Of a DNA stretch of 64,000 bases, positions 54,657 through 64,000 are shown one piece after another. The stretch lies in NCBI RefSeq assembly GCF_006345805.1, contig NC_043001.1, positions 8,494,001 to 8,558,000 on the forward strand, in the 5' to 3' direction. This DNA is from Octopus sinensis. Taxonomy: Eukaryota. Numbering within the stretch: the stretch's first letter is position 1; the number at the start of each line of letters is the position of its first letter. The notes beneath the pieces are model-generated. The model made no database searches. It had not been told where the DNA came from and worked only from the letters and a program-made list of their open reading frames with translations. A program made the translations under genes and the position numbers.

Positions 54657-56645
54657 GGATAGATAGATAGATAGTATAGGAACATTTGAAAAAGGAGATA
54701 AACGTTCAGGATGTCACAAAAACATATATATCTTCATATCTTCTACATATGTTTCAATGGATGCATTCAAAATAATACGACAGGAAGAATTATGATCAAA
54801 TATGCATCAATCTTAGCAGGAAAAATATCGACAACAACACTTAGCAAATAGACACACAACAACTCTACTAATTTTCTCCTAGGACACTTAAGGAACATTT
54901 AGCTATCTTGTAATTATTCCCCAATTTGCTCACTCATATATATATATATATATACTGACGGGATCATTTGCTATGTGGCGTTCCCTACATAATGCAAGAA
55001 TATCTGGTTGGTAATATCACAAGATCAACCGACCGCGTAAATTTAATCTTGGTTGTTAATGTAAACCTATATTTTAGGGCTTCCAATGATTTTTACCGTT
55101 ATGCAAGAATACATATATGCATTATATTAATCATTTAATAGATTATTAGATGATCACAGTTGCATTTGAGCACACGTGTATGGTAGTTTCTTTTTAAATA
55201 TATACATTCACTAATTCTGTTATACTTCTTCTTCAAATCTTGTAATGCTGTACTTTTGTATGTTACTATAACTGATCATCACATTGGCAAGTTTACTTGA
55301 GGCCGGGTAACTTCTTATAAATTTATCTCAGTCATAGCATAACGCGAAACATTTGCTTTTTTCCTACGAAGTCAGCATCGCAAAGCCGATTCGCTTTTAT
55401 ACAGAAAAAAGCTTAGTGGTTAAAAAAAATTGCCAGCGTCAATATACAATATACAGTCAGAATACATCGGGGCATTGATGATACGCCTTCTTTGTCATCT
55501 TCCCTTGGGGGTGTATTGCCAGCTTCTCAATGTGGAAACAAGCCTTTACGAGAAAAGCCTGAATGGAGATAGGATTACACAACGTTGCAATTTAAAGGAT
55601 GAATGAGTATGCGTAATAATTAGTGTAGTTTATAGGCGGGAAGCCATGATAATGTCAACGGGAGAGGATTTAAAATATGAGCCTTAAGGTTTTAATCGTT
55701 GTTGTATATATTTCGCTAGCTCGATGAAGCAGAAATTTTTATAGAATAAGCAGATGAAAAGAAAGAGCCGTAATGACGACGAGGTAGTGTTTGAATCATG
55801 TTGATAAGTAGAACATTGCCAATACGCCGACCATTTACATTTAGAAGTGATCTAGCAAGCATGTATGTTTGGCAGAACCACAGTGCTTTTGCATGTGAAG
55901 CGCAATTCAATGCAAATGTGTAAATGGCTATTAAAAGATGAGGGATTAAATGTGTGTTTGCACGTATATATATATGCGCATGCATATACACATAGGCAAG
56001 TATGTTTCGACACATAGAAACGCCTATATGTATGTATGTATGTATGTATATATATGTATATATATATATGTGTATATTGTCTACATTGTGTATCTGGTCT
56101 TTCCCTTGCAAAAGGGCAGACAATAACTATATACATATATACGTAAATATATGTGTTGGTGTGTGTGTGTATAAGTATATATATGTATGTATATAGATGC
56201 ATATATATGTATATACACACAAATATATATGTGCATGTGTATGTATGTATATGTTTACTAAATGTAGGAGTGTCAGTTATCCTGTTTTTCATCTCTTTCT
56301 TCCTTCCTTTCTCACTCTCTCGTATTGAATAAGGCAAAGGAGATTCAAAGAACATGAAATGCACATTTAATGAGAGGAATAGTGGGAGGTGGATACTACT
56401 ACATGGATGGAGGCTATGAAAATCAATATGTCACGTGACACTTTAAAGCTCCTTTTTAATGTCTTGTCTCACTCGCTCTCTCTTTCTGTGGCTACAGAAA
56501 ATGACGTTGAAGAGAATAGAGCGGGGACCACTTATGAATCGGTTTGGCATGGAAAAGGATCAGCACGAATCCGTTGGTGAAATGAAAGGTTTTATTCTGC
56601 TTCACAGTAAGTTTCAGTAAAGCGAACAGGAAGCTTTCACCAAGA

Positions 56646-56700
<55 letters not shown>

Positions 56701-58695
56701 ATGTGTGTTTGTGTGTTTGTGTGTGTGAAATTACCCGTCCATCTTCGTACATGTGTTGACATCTTTAAAGTTACAGTTTTACAAATAGACGGGAAAAATA
56801 CACATCTAAGCATTCACTTCTTTGCAGGTAATTGTGATTATCTAAGAAACTTCATTCTGTATTAACACTGGTGCAAACGGACTCCAGAGATGCATATCCA
56901 TAGCACTGACGTTCATTCAATGACCGTTTATATTTCTGATCAAACATTCCAAAATGAATACCAGATTTTATTAAAGAATATTTTCATTGTAAACGTAATG
57001 ATTTCACGTAGGTAACTCTTTAGAATTGATGACAGTAATACACGAATATGATCTGATATATTCTCCTTCGTTTACACAGTTACGTATAAAATTCTTTATA
57101 TAAATAGGAATAGCATTACGTTAATGGAATTGTCGGCTGTTGAAGGTCACCACTTCTAACGTTTACATTATTACACAGATACGCACACGCATGTACACAC
57201 ACTCACACATACGCACAGATACACACACATATATAATATTGACAATATAAGAACTTAGAAGCTTCCTTTGTGCGTCAAGAAACTCGTATAATCAAAGGCT
57301 ATTAAGTTACCTTACCCTACGGGATTAACTCTATGGCACAGAATAACGATACACCCACAACAGATACGATATACAAAAACAGAAAAATAACATTGCGTAA
57401 ATATTTAGATGTGTATCCAAGAAACAAATATTCTAGTAGTAGGAGTTACAGCTTACTGTAATTCTGAGTAAATAAGAAAATATGTTATTAAGAAATATAC
57501 AGCGAGGGTAAAAAAAATTGCCAGCACGATACAATGATGAAATTAAAATAACAAAACTAAATAATATTTGCAAATCAAATGTTGAGGATTCCTTCTGAAT
57601 TCGAAACCCTAAATTTTAAACTATTATATAATTGCAATTTTTCAAGACGATTTGATTATATTAACCAATTGTTTTTCGCGGAAACCAAGCATTCATGAAA
57701 AGAAACAAAAACAAACGTCACGTGACGTTAGAAGTGCAGAGATTATTTTATGCAATTCAGCCAACCGAAGCGTGAGACCAACATCAAGTAATCAGGACAT
57801 TTAGTAGACAAATGCCGTCGACGGATAATCCAACAGTCAGGGCAAAGACTGTTGTATAAAAGCAAATGACAGGAACTCGAACAGTTTAGAAGGAACTTTT
57901 TCCCGCAGGCTGTACTCTATTTGAATAAAATTAATTAATCAGAACATATTATAAATATATGACGTATAGACAGCGACCAACCAGGATGCGAAATTTAGGC
58001 GGGCAATAAATGACAATCAGAATGTGAACCAATGTATTGAAATTCTCATATACAAAGAATTATTGCCTGGAAACCTAGTTGGATGTCTTCAAGTACAGCA
58101 AACGACGAAGAATTGTTCTTGAGGTAGCTCGAAAGGACTCGTAATTTATTTTACATCTGTAAAGTCTTCATCGAATCTAAGCGGCTTTGGCACTTATTGA
58201 TCTTTCAAAATCTTGCCATGTATTAAAAGAATGAGGTTTATCGACCATTCCAACTTAACTAATTTCTTTTCTCGAATTTCTCAAATTCATTCAATAATCG
58301 AAAATATAATCTGGCTGCGAAACCTAGAGAATGTATGACTTTCGGGCACTTCATCGATATCGAATATATTCCAATAGTTTTCCTCTCATTTAAACTGCAC
58401 TTTTTAAAGTACCTCCGAAAAACAGGAAAAGTTTGAAACCGGTATGGCATTTTAAAACTTGCTTTAAGAATCAGGCACAGTTGTTAAAGCCCGCAAACTA
58501 CCTATATTTCAACTTGTACGGAGATAAAATTCTTTGACACACAAACATACGCACACATATTACGGACAGTCGCAAACACAATCACATGCACACATATATG
58601 TATATATATATGTTAGTATTTGTGTGTGTACACATACATATACATTGATTCATTTATGCAGACTGATGGAGTGACAGGTAGATAGACAGACATAC

Positions 58696-58744
<49 letters not shown>

Positions 58745-58753
58745 TATATATAT

Positions 58754-58890
<137 letters not shown>

Positions 58891-61119
58891 GGATAGATAG
58901 ATAGATAGATAAACTTAAAACCAGTTGAAACTTGTTAGATGTTTGAACTTGTAACTGCCTTTCCTTTTCACTGTCGTCAACAGCAGACATAAGTTCTCGT
59001 TTATGGCAAAACGCGTGTTAAGCCGCCCTAGATACATCTTAGAGTGTTCTGCTGGACTGGTAGATACGTTTGGAACCCGTTTGTTTTCCTCACTAGCAGG
59101 TACCAAGAAAGGAATACTTCATTCATCGTAAATTAGTAAATATTATTCAGTGATAGAAGGAAATCTACCAATCGCGAAACGAATAATCTTTATTTATGTT
59201 CTCTCAAATAACTTTAGAGAAATGAGGTAAATCAAGATCATGAATGAAGAGAAACTATATATGCTGAAAAAACAAAAAGAGTTAGATTAAAAATGAAAAT
59301 AATGGCAGATTCCGGCAAAATGATTTTGAAATATTTTCGTATTAAATATATCTTTCATTAAAACATTAAAAATCAAATATCATGATGCTTTTGAGGCTTT
59401 TGGAAACAATTGATCCGCTAAATTTTCGAATAATAGATTTTAATTGATAAAATAAAATGTTATTTATATTACCTGTCTGTTTTTTCTATTTCTTCAATGT
59501 TGTGGCCATTAATTTGAAAGTCCATCGAAACTATAAACCTACTTTTTAGATGTCTGTGTTTAACACCCTTGCTTTAGGAAATTTACGAGAGATAGATTTT
59601 GACTGCTGATTTCTCTGTTCCGTAGTGTTTTTGTGTGGTGGGCTTTTTGAATTGCAATAGCATCCAATCAGCCGTGTGAAATTCAAATTCGTTATCACTT
59701 ACGGGTTGTACTTGTTAATTGAAGCAGATTTCTGTATTCACAGGTTTCCTGTGGTTCTTTCTGTAGTAACAATGGCTACTTGAACGCATTGAACGTGGCA
59801 GTTCCCTCATTTTGTTTTTGTGGAAGTAGCATTAGCATACAGGTTTTCTGCAACCTTTTTTTAAACTCCACGTTCAACAGCAGGTAAATATTTTAGTTAG
59901 GGCTATGCACATAGAGCATTTTTGTTTCCTTTTTGGCCTTGTTTTAGCTACAAACCTCCTCGGAGAAAATCCCGAGGCATGCCAGTTGTATATTCAATAC
60001 CTTCTTACGTATTGTGTACCTACCTATCATTACGATTCAGAAAGGTGTCACATATGTTCTCCAAAGGTGTGCCGTTCGTTAGCGCAATCGACAACGGAAG
60101 TCATGGTGACACTGTTAGGGTATAACAAAAGCCGTATAGTCATTGATTTTCTGGAACATGCTTGTATGATGAAGAGCGACTGGCACATTGAGGCACTCAG
60201 AAATTTCGGAAAAAGCTTTAATAGAATGAGTCAGGAGAAAATTCAGTAATATATAAACGTTTAGCATGGAAATGCATGGCTATAAACACCTTTAGCAACA
60301 AATTCAAGCAATCTCCATATATGAATATTCAATGGCTCTCCAATCTATGTACAGTCTGAATACATGTTTCAGTGACTCACGACATTCACCTGTTCGTTTG
60401 AATAAGACGCATTATTCGGGACAACGATTTAACGATGTCATCACACAGAAGATGTGAAACTGGAAGTAAAGTATGAAGTATCGCAGTACACTACTGATTT
60501 TCCAAAGATGACACGTAAATACATCTCTTGTTGGGCTGTACACTTCCACGTATGACGTTGAGCAGCACATCTGTATAAGGAAATATCTAGTGTATCAACA
60601 TATGAACTTTGCAAAACCTATATCATTTCAAAATGATTATGGCTATTTTTACATTACTTTATATAAACCTTTATGCGTAAGTACGTATGAGTCTAAAAAT
60701 ATATCTCTCTGACCTTAAGTCCATAACTACCACCGTCTATCAAACTACCAATGAATATGCTTATATATCATTAGTTAAATTTATATTTAGAGAGCTAAGC
60801 TAACAGTCCATCTATTTGGCAGTGGTGTGACATATTTATCATTATGTGGAGCTGTCGATCAATAAGTATTTCCGTATATCTATATCTCTGTCTAATTGTC
60901 CATGTAATTACCCAACTATCTCCTTGTGAGCACAATAACAAATCATTTGCGTGTTTGTATTGATGGGATGTAGATTGACTATATATATGTATATGTATAT
61001 ATATGTGTTTGACTGAATGCGATGTGTAACGATATGCGATACGTTTATGTCGTGAGTGTGTAGTAGATAAGCATAGAGGAAGAATATACGTATATGCAGG
61101 AGTGTTCTGAGGCATATAC

Positions 61120-61175
<56 letters not shown>

Positions 61176-61177
61176 TA

Positions 61178-61225
<48 letters not shown>

Positions 61226-62093
61226 GTATACATATATATGTGCGTAATTATATAATGTAGTTAGCTTAATGTATCTGCGTGTTTGTGTGTATGCGTGTCT
61301 GTATGTGGAGCTCGAGCTAGAACTTGTGTTTAGGTGTAAATTATATATCTATATTGATCTGTGGATGTATAGTATCAGTGTATGGGTTGTTTGTGACTTA
61401 GAATAATTATGGTGGTTGTCTTGTTCTACTGAAGGTTAACGATATTTCATTCTGTATGTATGTAGAATTTTCACAATCTGTGTGCGTATCTCAAAGTAGT
61501 AGAATTACTCGGTTTTGAATGTTTGATAGTTCGACTTGTATGGATACATAGATCTTTAAGATTTCTAAATGTTCTGTGTAGTATATTAGGGAGAGAAAAT
61601 AAGGTGAGAAGTACTGATTGCATCCTACTCCATCACACCACAGCCGTTTATATATACAAATGCCAAGAACCTATAATCCTTTAAGGTGTGTTTGTATCCT
61701 AGCTTCCGGTTTATACCTGTGTTCAGTGAATACTAAATAGTTTAGGTTTGCATATGTGTATATTGCTATTCAAGATATTTATGAATGAGAGAAAGAAGAA
61801 ATGGAGAAATTGATGTATAGACATTGTCGATTCAAAGTTATTCCACGAGGGTCAACCTACACGTTAGAACGTATAACACATTTCTGAAAATTCTCCCCTG
61901 ATGAAATATCCAATTAACCAGTTTCAATATGAAAATTTAATTAAATTTCTCTTATGTAATTAATTAGATGTGGAAACGAATGTAGGGATGTGAATTTCAT
62001 ATTATATTGATTCGAATATCTTTGAATAAACTGATGTCTATACGTCAAGTTCTCAATTTTCTTCTTCTTCCCATCTCTCTTTCTCTCTCTCTC

Positions 62094-62129
<36 letters not shown>

Positions 62130-63462
62130 CAAATGAAAGACAGAAAACAGAATATACGAGAATATATTATCAATGCCAACAATTGTTTCGACACATCTAG
62201 CATCGATTCTTCTTGTGGGATAATTAACAACTGGTTCAGGAGCATCCGGTGGTGCAGATGTATCTCGTCGGGTGATAAATAAATAAATAATAACTCATCA
62301 GCATGATTGTTCCACAATGCAATTTTCTGTTTTGTAGAGAGAAAACAGCCAGACAGGAAAATTCTTCATATATACAGAAGATCGAAAAATATAATTGCAG
62401 AAGATAAAAAGAGAAACGAATACTTAATCCAGTGAGAAAAATATTGAAAATAACCGTTAACCAATATGGATGTATAAACGCCCTTGAGCAAGCTGCATAG
62501 CACGAGCACACACGCTCATACAAGCATTACCAAAAATGTGAGCATACGCACACGAGTGTTTAGGTACAGTCATGATCACAAAGCGAGTTAGTTATTTAGT
62601 AGGTGTTTAGAAGAACGGGGACGTTAAAAGCAAACTTACGTCATCCATATCTTAAATTAAAATAAAATTACATTACGCTAACGGCTACTCAAAAATATAT
62701 ACATGACCGTAGAACCAGTCGTACAGGGAATTTAGTGTTTTAAATTCCATTTACGGATGATTGCTTGCACATTGAAGAGACTATCTGCAAAATTTTCGAT
62801 TGTATCAATATTTATTACAATTGTTTCTTACAAAGATTACCACAGCTCCCCCGATTTTCAAATCTCAGTCTTCGGTGGTTTATAACAAAATGTTCCACAA
62901 ACTTCTCATTACAACAACGAACATCCTGTTTCAGATGCTTCTGTGCTCCGGGACTGAAGATAACCGCTATTTTTGTATAACTACACTCTAAAAGACAACG
63001 GTCTCTACTTCTATATTGCTGTATGTCAAAGTGTTGCTTTAAGAAGCTTACAGAAATATATTCATTCCCGAGAAAGCAGAGCATTAGACGAAGAAAATAA
63101 TGCGTTGTACTGTTATGGCTAGATATGGCTGGGAAAATGCTTGTAACACAAAATTAGAAATGTGGTAATAGTTTTCTCGACACTGTTGCTGTGAGGAACG
63201 AGAAGTGATGTGATATGTTTTTAAACGGACATATATTATACATGTCCGATGGTAACATTCGCTGAGATGTGACGTGCCTCTTCACGATATCGCGGAAACC
63301 AGGCATTTAAAACCGTAAATCATATGTTCTCTGGTCGAAACTAGATTATCAGTGAAAAGGAAATGACGTAGGAGAGGGAAATAATGCTGGTGAACTTATC
63401 GATGTATCTGCCATAAAATGCTTGGTCAGATGCAATGAAATGAATGAAGATATATATATATA

Positions 63463-63893
63463 CAGGGTCAGGCAAAATGATCTGACACATTTTAGGTTAA
63501 ATAAAAGGCAAATGAAGTAAAGAAACAAAAAAGTGTTTTTAATTTTGAAAAGTACATATAATGCCATTTTGTTTCATTATGTTTTAAAAATTAAATCAGT
63601 CAAATGGGATCCATTATTGTCCACACACTGTCGAAGACGTTCACGAAAGTTGTCAATAACTCGGCGGGTCATTTCATGTGGAATGGCAGTAATTTCTTGA
63701 CGAATTGCATCTTTAAGTTGTTCAATAGATCGAAGGCTATTAATGTATACCTTTGACTTGAGGTATCCCCAGAGAAAAAAATGAAACAAAATGGCATTAT
63801 ATGTACTTTTCAAAACTGAAAACACTTTTTTGTTTCTTTACTTCATTTGCCTTTTATTTAACCTACAAATGTGTCAGATCATTTTGCCTGACC

Positions 63894-63896
<3 letters not shown>
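63463..63896 (-). mobile_element. Tc1/mariner-superfamily internal-deletion derivative
   Basis: TIRs of about 116 bp (63463-63578, 63780-63896) begin CAGGGTCAGGCAAAATG and are flanked by TA. The interior encodes the transposase C-terminus FFLWGYLKSKVY...IEQLKDAIRQEI...FRERLRQCVDNNGSHL..IFKT*. Confidence 0.92.
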
Positions 63897-63938
<42 letters not shown>

Positions 63939-64000
63939 AATATTTAAACGTATATATATATATATATATATATGCCTCCACGTAACCGTCAAAAGCTGGC

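Noticed and set aside
62150-62260. Second minus-strand exon in phase with 62841-63046 (DTSAPPDAPEPVVNYPTRRID...)
   Set aside because: The acceptor would be GAG with a poor pyrimidine tract, there is no clear donor, and the frame runs into a (TA)n tract.

Overview
AT-rich animal DNA, very probably octopus (inferred from the SINE/MITE families and the dense (TA)n, (GATA)n and (AAT)n tracts). No host gene can be called with confidence, and most entries in the ORF track are microsatellite artefacts. The window is almost entirely mobile elements. These are a near-full-length L1/Tx1-type LINE sitting in a (GATA)n tract, two Penelope-like elements (PLEs) with inverted 3' copies, a Chapaev3-type transposon relic, R4/Dong and RTE LINE fragments, hAT, piggyBac and Tc1/mariner-derived MITEs, and two tRNA-SINE families. 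The standout is a 10.5 kb non-coding array at 30400-40877 made of about 20 direct and 2.2 inverted copies of a ~472 bp unit. Each unit folds by eye into a type I hammerhead ribozyme (CUGAUGA core, GAAA, palindromic stem III, GUC cleavage site, unusually long stem II). The array has the same architecture as the two PLEs, which makes it a candidate cephalopod retrozyme/circRNA concatemer. Two further hammerhead-like variants occur, one in a PLE terminal repeat and one in a 190 bp non-autonomous element. All folds and alignments were done by eye and none was computed.
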